From contig DATIXJ010000027.1 in the NCBI GenBank assembly GCA_035518715.1, positions 85,657 through 149,656 on the forward strand: DNA of 64,000 nt. The letters run 5' to 3'. The translations under genes and the position numbers were made by a program. Position 1 is the first letter of the stretch; every line of letters starts with the position of its first letter. Under the pieces are notes generated by a model, which saw only the letters and a list, made by a program, of their open reading frames with translations, had not been told where the DNA came from and ran no database searches. Of the stretch, positions 1-9,065 are shown piece by piece. The DNA is from Bacteroidota bacterium. Lineage in GTDB: Bacteria; Bacteroidota; Ignavibacteria; UBA10030; SZUA-254.

Positions 1-288
1 GCGGCCGTAGTGACAGGTTGCCCAGCCGAACGGCTCATTCGAAATCCAGTACCATCCGTAATCGGTCCATGCCCATCGGCCGTACATATACGGCCTCCAG
101 CCGTGGCTCACGTGAAGCGGTCTCCACACGTATCCGCCGTTGATCTGTATCCATTCTCCGTACGGTGCAAGAGAGGAATAGAAAAACCCCACGTTTCCCG
201 ATCTGATGGCAAAACTGATGGGTTTTTTGGCTTCGGCAGTCACAGCAAGCCCGCCGATCATTAAAAGCACCAGAAGAATTTTTTTCAT
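1..288 (-). CDS. Secreted Trp/Gly/Tyr-rich repeat protein (resembles the DUF6600 / YXWGXW-repeat family). The 3' end is cut by the window edge and the gene is absent from the ORF track.
   Basis: My own translation of the reverse strand from ATG at 288-286 gives MKKILLVLLMIGGLAVTAEAKKPISFAIRSGNVGFFYSSLAPYGEWIQINGGYVWRPLHVSHGWRPYMYGRWAWTDYGWYWISNEPFGWATCHYGR. These 96 codons have no stop down to position 1. There is a signal-peptide-like N-terminus, and an AGGAG sits just upstream (297-293 on the minus strand). Confidence 0.6.
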   Translation of the reverse strand, partial: MKKILLVLLMIGGLAVTAEAKKPISFAIRSGNVGFFYSSLAPYGEWIQINGGYVWRPLHVSHGWRPYMYGRWAWTDYGWYWISNEPFGWATCHYGR

Positions 289-574
289 GTCCAAACTCCT
301 CGATTTTCCTGATTCTGTATTCCAGGTCAGACATCTGCAACGGCTGTGCCATTCAAAAATTCCCTCAATATTTATGCATTTCGGAGTGATTATGAGGAAA
401 ATGTCCTCAAATGCGACCAGTATTGTTTCGGATTCAAGACGCTGAAAGTTGTGATTTGGATGCTTGACTTTATCGTTGTCTTGAACTACCTTAATGAGAG
501 CAAACGCCTCCCATAGAAAATTCCGTCACAGATAAATCTCGGGACGGATTTTTTTTCAAAACAAAAGGTCATCT

Positions 575-2305
575 TTGTCTCAGCGAACAACAATCGTTGG
601 TATTCTATTCCTTTCTCTGATCGTTCTGCAGGTTGGCGGTGCACATCCCAATCTGCGCGGTGACAGTTTTCATGCCTTTATTTCCGATCTCGGGACACAA
701 CTTCCCCGCGAATATTCGGGAATCTACACGGTCCCGTCGGAAGATGACCTCAAGACCTGGAATGCGATTTTTTCTCTCTTCAGGATGAAGAAATATGACA
801 GCTGCAAAGCTCTCCTGCGGAAGTTCGACTACACGCTCTTTTCATTAACGGACAGCAAGTCGGGAAACGTCTATCAGATCATCCGCGAGCAACTGCCCAT
901 CCACCGCGGATGGGGTACGTTCGTGTACAATCCGGGATTCTCGAAACGACTGAACATCGACATTAATCACCCCGTCGATGACGGATACGTTCTTCAATTC
1001 GGCGCAGAGTTCTTCCGGAGATCCAATGCCGAGTGGCTGTTGATCGGTGGAACAAGCAGGAATGCTCTTGCCGTTCGCGGTGCCGCGGACGCGGGCAAAC
1101 TCAGACGATCGGTGTATGAGCGGTGGCACGAGTTGACTTCCGATCTTACGCACATCTCACTCTCGATTCACGGTTTCGACGAGACGACATATCCTTTTCC
1201 GATCCGTATGTCGGACTGCATCGTGAGCAACGGGAAGACCTCCGATGAGCAATGGGGGATATCGCAGATCAGTCTCGGGTTCCGGGATACGCTTCGCCGG
1301 GCCGGCTATCACTGCGGGCTCGCGATGTACGATTCTGGATACGCACGGCTGGCAGGCGGCTGGAATATTCAGGGCGTTTTCTCCAACGACAGTCTCGGGT
1401 TCGGCCACTGGCTTTACCTTGAGCTGTCCGGCGCTCTTCGATCACAGCCGGTGCTTTATGAGCCGCTGATGACAGCCCTGGATCATGCCCTCGATATCAC
1501 CGGAAAAAGAATCTCGCAGCAGGTGAACCGGGCATTCGGTCTGGTTTCGCCCCGCGTCGTGCGTGTCGATTCGCTCCACCGCATGCTCTTTCCGCCGCCG
1601 TCGTTCGAAACATATCGCATTATCTCGTTCAATACCACGAACTCCCGGAACGATACGATCGATGTCCGCCTCGGGGATTGGATGGATTTTATGGGATCCC
1701 GTAAATCCATGGCAAGCGTCACGCGGATGGATACCGGGAAAGGTTCCGTCGATCGCAACGGCATTCCTCTGCCTCAGCGGGATCCGGAATCAGTGTTGGC
1801 AAAAATCTCTGATGCGGGAGAAGCCATACTCCCCTCCGTCAGGAAATTTGCCAGGAGCCAGCATGCAGATTCTCTTGTCGGCGAGGATGAACGGAATGCC
1901 GAAGAACCGCTCCAGGTCCACCGAATTCCGTTACAACCCGTTCTTGCCACCACATTCTCATTCGCATCCTTGGCACCGTCGGCAACCACGTTTCGCTGGA
2001 ACGGGGAAATCGCATCCGGTTTCAACCCGCGTATTCCCACCTTCCAGATGAGCCGGTCGGAAGAGGTAAGCGAAGCAGCCGTTTCAAGAAGCTTCCCCAA
2101 ATTCCTGATTCCTCTTATCAGCTCCTATCACTCCGCGGACGGAAAGTACGTCGGCATACAGATGACCGAGATTCTCGTGAAAGAAATTGCACGGCTGGTC
2201 ACGGAACACCGTGAGGCGGGCAAGGATATCGGACTCCTCGCTGAACAGGGCGATGAGGGAAACTTCTATCTCCGGATATTCCCCAGCTCGGCAAAATCCC
2301 GCTGA
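575..2305 (+). CDS. Hypothetical secreted protein (576 aa), function unknown
   Basis: Longest ORF in this region. It has a TTG start and a hydrophobic N-terminal signal-like segment (IVGILFLSLIVLQVGGA). The antisense ORFs are short and low-complexity. I recognised no family motif. Confidence 0.6.
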   Translation: MSQRTTIVGILFLSLIVLQVGGAHPNLRGDSFHAFISDLGTQLPREYSGIYTVPSEDDLKTWNAIFSLFRMKKYDSCKALLRKFDYTLFSLTDSKSGNVYQIIREQLPIHRGWGTFVYNPGFSKRLNIDINHPVDDGYVLQFGAEFFRRSNAEWLLIGGTSRNALAVRGAADAGKLRRSVYERWHELTSDLTHISLSIHGFDETTYPFPIRMSDCIVSNGKTSDEQWGISQISLGFRDTLRRAGYHCGLAMYDSGYARLAGGWNIQGVFSNDSLGFGHWLYLELSGALRSQPVLYEPLMTALDHALDITGKRISQQVNRAFGLVSPRVVRVDSLHRMLFPPPSFETYRIISFNTTNSRNDTIDVRLGDWMDFMGSRKSMASVTRMDTGKGSVDRNGIPLPQRDPESVLAKISDAGEAILPSVRKFARSQHADSLVGEDERNAEEPLQVHRIPLQPVLATTFSFASLAPSATTFRWNGEIASGFNPRIPTFQMSRSEEVSEAAVSRSFPKFLIPLISSYHSADGKYVGIQMTEILVKEIARLVTEHREAGKDIGLLAEQGDEGNFYLRIFPSSAKSR

Positions 2306-2409
2306 TGCGCCTGCGGCCCTGTCCGCGGCGTTTCATTCCCGTCTCTCCCGCGAATTTTCATTAGTCAACGAGGTTTTGTATATTGTGCACGTATCAAATG
2401 AACTAGAAC

Positions 2410-2676
2410 ATGACAACGAAACCGCCGTCAACTGTCAGAGAGTTTGCCCCGGAAGCAATTGAGAAGATTGCCTACGGTTGTGTGAGCGAAATCCCTACCC
2501 AGGAGCCGAACGACCGCAACCGGCTTGGTTATCACGTCTGGCGCCTGCTCACCACGAAACAGGGTACGCTCGAACAGACTATTGTGGAGTCCGGCGCCCG
2601 CATTTCAATTCCGCGCGAAGAAGCACGCCGAATGATCGCAGAAGCTCTTGCCAAACACGGCATCACGCTTCCCTGA
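2410..2676 (+). CDS. Small hypothetical protein (88 aa)
   Basis: The ORF has a protein-like composition and fills the gap between two + strand genes. I saw no recognisable motif and no clear RBS. Confidence 0.4.
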   Translation: MTTKPPSTVREFAPEAIEKIAYGCVSEIPTQEPNDRNRLGYHVWRLLTTKQGTLEQTIVESGARISIPREEARRMIAEALAKHGITLP

Positions 2677-2713
2677 CCGATCCAACCAAATCGTACAATC
2701 TTGTTGAGAAGAT

Positions 2714-2789
2714 TTGACATCCTCGGGGCATTATTGTATATTGATTGCGACAAATTTGTCGTCCTGTGTGAATTTCGGAGACAAATTTG
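2714..2789 (+). promoter_or_regulatory. Sigma70-like promoter plus a repeated palindromic operator candidate upstream of the S24 repressor
   Basis: TTGACA at 2714-2719, a 17-nt spacer, then TATATT at 2737-2742. The perfect 12-bp palindrome GACAAATTTGTC lies at 2749-2760. A second copy of GACAAATTTG lies at 2780-2789. Confidence 0.45.
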
Positions 2790-2807
2790 GCGAGAAAGGA
2801 AAATGCC

Positions 2808-3464
2808 GTGAAATCAATTTCGATTGCCGAACGCCTGCGAACAGCCCGGGAGAATAAGGGAATGGATCAGCGTGCGCTCTCGGCAAGAGTGGATGTGGCC
2901 GTTCGGACTCTCCAGCGCTGGGAGAAAGGAGAGCAGGTTCCCGACAGCAACTATCTTGTACGGCTGGCGAGATCGACGGGCGTGCGGCCCGAATGGCTGT
3001 TGACCGGTATCGGTGAAATGTACCCGACGCCGCCGCCGCAGGGAAAAATCATCCCGTTGCATAAAGATGCTTCGCTGCACCGGGTTAATCTTGTCGATAT
3101 TCCGTTGTTGTCTTCGGTTCCCGCCGGCAGGACTGCGGCCATCTTCCATCCTGACCATGTGGAACGATATGTAACAGTCGATAATATCAAGGATCAGAAT
3201 GCCTTTGCCCTTGTGGTAAAAGGTAAAAGCATGTCTCCCCGGATCGAGGATGGAGATATTGTAGTTGTCAGCCCACAGCAGGAGGTGCGAAGCGGTGATA
3301 TTTGTGTAGTTCGCGTAAATGATGAAGATGTGTTAAAGAAGGTAATAATTGATGAACATTATGTTCATCTGATACCGCTGAATACCACTTTTGAACCAGT
3401 TACCGTGCGGAAGAGAGACGTCATGATTATCTGGAAAGTCATCAGAGTCATCAAGAATCTCTGA
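2808..3464 (+). CDS. XRE-family HTH plus S24 peptidase repressor (LexA/phage-CI-like)
   Basis: The N-terminal HTH reads IAERLRTARENKGMDQRALSARVDVAVRTLQRWEKGEQVP. The C-terminal S24 fold has a Ser motif (VKGKSMSPRIEDGDIVVV) and Lys (VLKKV). I prefer the GTG start at 2808, which has AAGGA about 8 nt upstream. The track ORF starts at TTG 2787, inside the second operator copy. Confidence 0.85.
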   Translation: MKSISIAERLRTARENKGMDQRALSARVDVAVRTLQRWEKGEQVPDSNYLVRLARSTGVRPEWLLTGIGEMYPTPPPQGKIIPLHKDASLHRVNLVDIPLLSSVPAGRTAAIFHPDHVERYVTVDNIKDQNAFALVVKGKSMSPRIEDGDIVVVSPQQEVRSGDICVVRVNDEDVLKKVIIDEHYVHLIPLNTTFEPVTVRKRDVMIIWKVIRVIKNL

Positions 3465-3594
3465 GATCCGCATGCTCTGAATCACACAACGGAATTCTTC
3501 CCGAATTCCTTCCAAAAACAGCTCTTTTCCGTCCCAAGTCCGTGGAAAATCTTACCGCGCCGGTGACAATTATCACTCCCTGAATGAGTAGACC

Positions 3595-4314
3595 ATGTAT
3601 ATTGGAAACAAGATCTTATTGCATACATCATTAGGGCCAGTAATGGTTGAATATCGTCAAAGTCCGAACGGATTGAAGCTCGCAACTGTGTACCGGAAAC
3701 CGATGAGCGTCGGTTTGGTGGCGAAGATCTGCCGCGTGAGCAAGAAAACCGTGCTGAACTGGATCTACCGGGACGCGTTGAAGGCGTTCACGACCTACGG
3801 CGGCCATTATCGTGTATGGCCCGGCGATCTCAAGGAATTCATGATGAAGGCCGGCCTCGACGTCCCGTATCAGTTTGTGGATGAACGGCAGACCACCTTT
3901 CTTATCATTGATGACGACAAAGCGTTCAGTCTGACGCTGAAGGAGGCCATCTGCACCCAGTATCCCGATGCCGATGTGATCATCACGGATGACGGGTACG
4001 AAGCGCTCCTCCTGATCGGTGAGCGGAAGCCGCGCGTCGTTTTTCTGGATATCAAAATGCCGAAGATCGACGGCCTCCAGGTCCTCGAGCTTCTGAAGCA
4101 CCGGAAGAAAGACAATTCCATGAAGATCGTTGTCCTTTCAGGATATCTTGATGAACAGATCCGTGAGCGGCTTGCCCAGACCGTTGCCGACGAGGTGTGG
4201 GAGAAAGGAAAGGATCTCTGGGAATTGCTCCGCTCATTTAAGTCGTTCTTCCTGACCGCTCAGGAGGTCCGAAAACCGGCACAACGCACATACTCTCAGG
4301 TTTCACAATCTTGA
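3595..4314 (+). CDS. Response regulator with an N-terminal excisionase/MerR-type HTH and a C-terminal receiver domain
   Basis: The HTH reads MSVGLVAKICRVSKKTVLNWIYRD. The receiver has LIIDDD, the phospho-acceptor context VVFLDIKMP, and VVLSG. The exact start is uncertain because there are several in-frame Met codons. Confidence 0.75.
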   Translation: MYIGNKILLHTSLGPVMVEYRQSPNGLKLATVYRKPMSVGLVAKICRVSKKTVLNWIYRDALKAFTTYGGHYRVWPGDLKEFMMKAGLDVPYQFVDERQTTFLIIDDDKAFSLTLKEAICTQYPDADVIITDDGYEALLLIGERKPRVVFLDIKMPKIDGLQVLELLKHRKKDNSMKIVVLSGYLDEQIRERLAQTVADEVWEKGKDLWELLRSFKSFFLTAQEVRKPAQRTYSQVSQS

Positions 4315-4332
4315 TTCTCGACATCCGCCACC

Positions 4333-5031
4333 ATGAAAACGTTCCGTGTGTTACTGATAGACGGGTCTCCCGTCTATCAGAAACTTCTCAGCCGTCGCCT
4401 CGAAAATCCGGAGTCAGTCCGGTTTAAGGTTACCTATTCCAGAAGCGATGAAGCGGAAGTCATTGTCCGCGACTTCACCAATCAGATCGATATTGTCGTT
4501 TTCGGCGATTCGATTCCGACGGCGACCATACTGCAGCTGACGAAGGTCTTTCGTTCGTACAATCTTGCCATCCCGATTTTTGTTCTTACCAGAAAGAACG
4601 ATGCGCACGTTCCCCGGAATCTCAAGAAAGCGGGGATCGATAACATGATGCGGATATCGGAAATGGGGACGCCGCTCTTCGCCTGGTCATTTATCAGCAC
4701 CGTGGAAGAGGTCATCCTCAAGAAGAAGGCGAAAGAGTACGATGTGCTTCACGGGAGATTGCGCGCGGTGAGCTCATCCCTTGCAACGCTCACGCATGAT
4801 ATCAACAATCCGCTGAGCGTTATCCGTCTTGCCCTCTATCATCTCCAGAACCGGACGCTGGCAAAAGAGAAACGCGAATTGTTCATCAAGCTCCTGCTCG
4901 ACAATATTGAGCGCATCGACAATCAGATGAAGGAGCTCACGGCTATCCGTCGCCAGCTGAATGACGCGCACCATCACCGCGCAAAGGTTCTCACGCTGAA
5001 AATCCGTCAGGACGCCGCCGCCGGCACGTAA
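4333..5031 (+). CDS. Receiver-like domain fused to a HisKA dimerisation/phosphoacceptor domain, with no HATPase_c domain
   Basis: The N-terminus reads VLLIDGS...IDIVVFGDSIP...IFVLTRK. The H-box is LATLTHDINNPLSVIRL. The protein ends about 70 aa after the H-box, and no N/G1/F/G2 ATP-binding boxes are present. Confidence 0.7.
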   Translation: MKTFRVLLIDGSPVYQKLLSRRLENPESVRFKVTYSRSDEAEVIVRDFTNQIDIVVFGDSIPTATILQLTKVFRSYNLAIPIFVLTRKNDAHVPRNLKKAGIDNMMRISEMGTPLFAWSFISTVEEVILKKKAKEYDVLHGRLRAVSSSLATLTHDINNPLSVIRLALYHLQNRTLAKEKRELFIKLLLDNIERIDNQMKELTAIRRQLNDAHHHRAKVLTLKIRQDAAAGT

Positions 5032-5126
5032 CATTCCTTTTCGGACTCCGAAAGGCATGTTGGAAGAGAAGGAAAATCTCGCTACCTTTTCCTCATCCAA
5101 TTTTTTCCTCGCAGCTTGAGTTCGCC

Positions 5127-6224
5127 ATGGGTTTTAACTGTGGAATTGTGGGACTTCCCAACGTGGGGAAGTCCACACTTTTTAATGCGATTACCGCAGC
5201 GGGAGCCGCTGCCGAAAATTATCCCTTCTGTACGATCGACCCGAATGTGGGGATCGTCCCTGTTCCCGACACGCGGCTTGAAACTGTTGCCCGGATCTAT
5301 TCTTCGCCCTCCATCACACCAACTTCCATTGAGTTTGTCGATATCGCGGGCCTTGTCCGGGGAGCGAGCAAAGGTGAAGGCCTCGGCAATCAGTTTCTCT
5401 CGCATATCCGGGATGTTCATGCCGTCTGCCATGTTGTCCGCTGCTTTGAGGACGAGAATGTGGTGCATGTCGACGGCAACGTGAATCCCAAACGCGATAT
5501 CGAGGTTGTCGAGACAGAGTTGATTCTCAAAGACGTCGAGACGGTGGACAAGAAGCTCGCCGACGCAGAAAAACGCGGCAAGAGCGGCGACAAGAAAGTG
5601 CGTGCGGAGGCGGATTATCTTGCGAGGATTCGCGCACATCTCCTCGGCGGACGGCTCGCAGTATATGAACATCCTGAGTCGCCCGATGAAGTCTTCTGGT
5701 TCAGGGACCTTCACCTCCTGACTGCAAAGCCCGTTCTCTACATTGCAAATGTGGATGACCAGCATCTTCTCAGCGAGGACCGTTTCGTGAAGGAAGTGCG
5801 CGAAGTTGCCGCAAAGGAGGGAGCAAGAGTTGTGGTTGCCTGTACAAAAATGGAGGCAGAAATTGCGGCCATGCCGTATGCCGAACGCGAGGCCTTCCTG
5901 AAAGATCTCGGTATCGCGGAATCAGGCCTCGATCAGGTCATCCATGAGGGATATACGCTTCTCAATCTTATCACGTTTTTTACCGCCGGACCGAAAGAGG
6001 CGCGGGCCTGGACGATTCGCAAAGGATCCCATGCTCCGCAGGCGGCGGGCGAAATTCACTCCGATTTTGAGCGCGGGTTCATCCGTGCGGAGGTGGTTCG
6101 GTACGAGGATCTTGAGCGCCTGGGATCGGAACACCTGGTGAAGGAAAAAGGACTGCTCTGGCTCGAAGGCAAGGAGTACGTCGTTCAGGACGGCGACATC
6201 ATCTTCTTCCGGTTCAACGTGTAA
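5127..6224 (+). CDS. ychF: Ribosome-binding ATPase YchF
   Basis: The sequence starts MGFNCGIVGLPNVGKSTLFNAIT (P-loop). The TGS-like C-terminus reads EGKEYVVQDGDIIFFRFNV. The length, 365 aa, is typical. Confidence 0.95.
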   Translation: MGFNCGIVGLPNVGKSTLFNAITAAGAAAENYPFCTIDPNVGIVPVPDTRLETVARIYSSPSITPTSIEFVDIAGLVRGASKGEGLGNQFLSHIRDVHAVCHVVRCFEDENVVHVDGNVNPKRDIEVVETELILKDVETVDKKLADAEKRGKSGDKKVRAEADYLARIRAHLLGGRLAVYEHPESPDEVFWFRDLHLLTAKPVLYIANVDDQHLLSEDRFVKEVREVAAKEGARVVVACTKMEAEIAAMPYAEREAFLKDLGIAESGLDQVIHEGYTLLNLITFFTAGPKEARAWTIRKGSHAPQAAGEIHSDFERGFIRAEVVRYEDLERLGSEHLVKEKGLLWLEGKEYVVQDGDIIFFRFNV

Positions 6225-6233
6225 CGGACGCCG

Positions 6234-7289
6234 TTAGCCGAAAAGCTCCGCCTGCTTTCCCCTGTCATTCCGGAAGTGTTCCGTCGTGAGGACGGGATGA
6301 TGCTTCTCGAATCCGAACTTTTTACAGTTGAGCTCAAAGAGTCGGTTCACGGTTTCGGACCACATTCCTTCGCCGCTCATGCGAAGTCCCCAGCGTCCGT
6401 CATCCAGCGTTCCGCGGTGTGTTTCTTTGATGCGGCGGAGGATCTTCTGCGCTTTTCCCGGCAACGAACGCTCCACCCATTCGAAGAATAACGTCCCGAC
6501 CGCTCCCGGCAGGCGCACAAGCGTGTAACTTGCCCGCGTTGCTCCCCGTTTAGCCGCAGCTTTCAGAATTGCCGGGATCTCCTCATCGTTGAGCCCCGGT
6601 ATGATGGGTGAGATGTTGATATTGACGGGAACGCCATTCTTCAGGAGAAGCTCCACCGCGTCGAAACGTTTTGCGGGCGTTGTCGTGCGCGGCTCCATCA
6701 GACGGACGAGGTCTGCATCCAGACTGGTGATGGAGATCGTCACGTCGACAAGATTCATGGCGCTCAGATTCTTCAGGATATCGAGATCGCGTGTCACGAG
6801 GTAATTTTTCGTGATGATGCCGAGCGGGTTGCGGAACCGGAGAAAGACCTCGAGGCATCGCCTTGTCAGACGAAGCGATCTTTCCGCCGGTTGATAACAA
6901 TCGGTATTTCCCGACAGGCAAACCCACTGCGGCTTCCAGCTTTTCCTGTTCAGCTCTTTTGCGAGAAGTTCAGGGGCATCGTGCTTGACGAGAATTTTGG
7001 TCTCAAAGTCGAGCCCGGCAGAGAATCCGAGATATTCGTGGCTCGGCCTTGCATAGCAATAAATGCAGCCGTGCTCACATCCCCGGTACGGGTTGAGACT
7101 GTACGTGAAGGGGACGTCGGGACTGTCGTTGCGGGCGAGAACGGATTTGGAGGTGTCTTTATAGAAGATGGTCCGGACGGGGCGGTCGCCGTCGTCCTGC
7201 GATTCAACTTCCATCGGTTCGAGATGGAGGGCTTCAAACTTGTTCGGTGTATTGAAGCGTGCCCCTCGTCCTTTGGCCGGTGACCGCAT
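6234..7289 (-). CDS. Radical SAM protein, PA0069 / SplB-like family
   Basis: KGRGA..N..NRF-type N-terminus, and a CxxxCxxC cluster in NPYRGCEHGCIYCYARPSHEYLG. Confidence 0.9.
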   Translation of the reverse strand: MRSPAKGRGARFNTPNKFEALHLEPMEVESQDDGDRPVRTIFYKDTSKSVLARNDSPDVPFTYSLNPYRGCEHGCIYCYARPSHEYLGFSAGLDFETKILVKHDAPELLAKELNRKSWKPQWVCLSGNTDCYQPAERSLRLTRRCLEVFLRFRNPLGIITKNYLVTRDLDILKNLSAMNLVDVTISITSLDADLVRLMEPRTTTPAKRFDAVELLLKNGVPVNINISPIIPGLNDEEIPAILKAAAKRGATRASYTLVRLPGAVGTLFFEWVERSLPGKAQKILRRIKETHRGTLDDGRWGLRMSGEGMWSETVNRLFELNCKKFGFEKHHPVLTTEHFRNDRGKQAELFG

Positions 7290-7313
7290 GCCGGGTTCCT
7301 CAGAGATCGGGTA

Positions 7314-7643
7314 CTACTTGACTCCCAGTTTCTTTTTTGCCTCCGGACTCATCATGGCCGGACTCCAGACCGGATCCCAGACGATGCGGACGTCGCATTC
7401 GTGGACACCGGGAAGTTCGAGAACTTTTTCGCGGACCTGATTGGCAATGGCGCCACCCATGCCGCATCCGGGTGTCGTCAGCGTCATCTTCACGCCGACC
7501 CAGTCGTCGATGATCTTCACATCATAGACGAGCCCGAGATCCACAATACTCACGGGGATTTCGGGATCGAAAACCTGCTTCATGGCTCCATACACATCGG
7601 TCTCGCTGATATTTGCTTCGGGAGGAATCGTTTGTTCGGTCAT
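7314..7643 (-). CDS. sufT: Fe-S cluster assembly factor SufT / DUF59 (MIP18 family)
   Basis: The motifs DPEIPVSIVDLGLVYDV and TLTTPGCGMG are typical of DUF59. Length is 109 aa. Confidence 0.85.
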   Translation of the reverse strand: MTEQTIPPEANISETDVYGAMKQVFDPEIPVSIVDLGLVYDVKIIDDWVGVKMTLTTPGCGMGGAIANQVREKVLELPGVHECDVRIVWDPVWSPAMMSPEAKKKLGVK

Positions 7644-7748
7644 GGTAAATCCTTTCCTGTACTAAAGTACGCCTTTTGAAAATCGATTGCAATCCGGGGG
7701 GATGAAAAGCTTCGCCGGGATGTTGACGCTGCCGGCGCGAAGAATCAC

Positions 7749-9032
7749 TTATTTTGCAGGTGTGATCTCAAAATATTTCCGCTGTGCCCGGAGATCGGCC
7801 AGCCGGATTTCGATATTGCCGGTGTGCATCCGCGCGGGGAGATAGATCGGCGTGCAGCCGTTCCCTTCCATTGACCCGCTGTTCTCATCGTTGGCGGTTG
7901 TATCCTCAACGGCGGGATGAAGTTTGCTCAGAGGCGAAGTGGCATCGCATTGGGAGCAAACCAGCTCGCCGTCTTTCAGATAATAATGGCCGTAGCTGTA
8001 GCAGGCATGGCACGCATCGAACGCAGTTGCAAACGTTCCGAGACCGGTCCGGATGACGAAAAATCGGATTTCCAGACCGTTGTCCTCGATGGCATACCGA
8101 TGAAGGTTGCCGTCGCCAACCTGTCCGATCGGAATCTGGAATAGGCCCGACGCCGGGATGGGAATCCGGACAGAGGAGAGGTCCATTGCCGTACCGGAAG
8201 AAAAGATCTCGCCGACGCCGAGGAAGGAGATGATGACGACAGAAAGCGCCACGGCACTCAGCTGCCAGCGGCGCTGTGAAGTCATTGTGCCGGACGCCAT
8301 CCTCTTTCTGCTCGGAAAGACGAGCATGAAGACCGGGATGCTCAGAATTGCGACGATGAAGAGGACGTCGTGCTGAACGATGGGTCCGAGGATTCCCATC
8401 ATGGACGGACTTGCCGGAAGTATACCGTATTCGTAGAACTCATGAACGCCATTGAGGAGGAGCTGGAGGGTGAAGATCATCAGCGTGACGGCAGTGATTT
8501 TCAGGAATCGGCCGATGTCGATGCGCACGCTGCCGCGGATGAAGAGCACGGCAAAGACCGTTGCCAGTGCCAGCCCGATTATCGTTCCGAGGGCGCTCTG
8601 CCACGCGCCGGTGCTCAGTGCCACCGCCTGCAGGAAAATTGCGGTTTCGATTCCCTCACGCACGATCATCAGAAATGTAAATGAGAGGATCCCGGCGTGG
8701 GCCTTCCAGGACGAGCGCACCGCGATGGTGCCGACTTTTTCCTCGATCTCACCGCGGATCTTTCTGGCGGTGATCCACATCCAGACGATCATCGAGATGA
8801 CAAAAATCGCGGCCGCCATCATGAAGAATCCTTCGAGCGATTCCTGGTCGATGGCAAGTTTCTGGAGGAGGTATGCTCCTCCAAAGCTCGCAAGAACTGC
8901 CAGCACCAGACCAATGTAGACGGATATCACCAGCGATTCCCTCTCGATCTTCCTCAGGTAGACAATGACAATTCCGAGGACGAGGGCAATTTCGATGCCT
9001 TCGCGAAGTGCGATAATAAGGGATTCTATCAT
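7749..9032 (-). CDS. FTR1/EfeU-family iron permease fused to a C-terminal Cys-rich DUF2318-like domain
   Basis: Two REGIE motifs (ALREGIEIAL and VREGIETAIF) sit in a polytopic N-terminal half. The C-terminal approx. 170 aa contain FDACHACYSYGHYYLKDGELVCSQCD. Confidence 0.85.
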   Translation of the reverse strand: MIESLIIALREGIEIALVLGIVIVYLRKIERESLVISVYIGLVLAVLASFGGAYLLQKLAIDQESLEGFFMMAAAIFVISMIVWMWITARKIRGEIEEKVGTIAVRSSWKAHAGILSFTFLMIVREGIETAIFLQAVALSTGAWQSALGTIIGLALATVFAVLFIRGSVRIDIGRFLKITAVTLMIFTLQLLLNGVHEFYEYGILPASPSMMGILGPIVQHDVLFIVAILSIPVFMLVFPSRKRMASGTMTSQRRWQLSAVALSVVIISFLGVGEIFSSGTAMDLSSVRIPIPASGLFQIPIGQVGDGNLHRYAIEDNGLEIRFFVIRTGLGTFATAFDACHACYSYGHYYLKDGELVCSQCDATSPLSKLHPAVEDTTANDENSGSMEGNGCTPIYLPARMHTGNIEIRLADLRAQRKYFEITPAK

Positions 9033-9065
9033 TTCGTCATCCCTGCCTTCATAGTTGCTTCTCCT

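Noticed and set aside
5082-5765. A 227-aa minus-strand ORF overlapping ychF
   Set aside because: ychF on the + strand has an unmistakable P-loop and full length, so the antisense ORF is a shadow.
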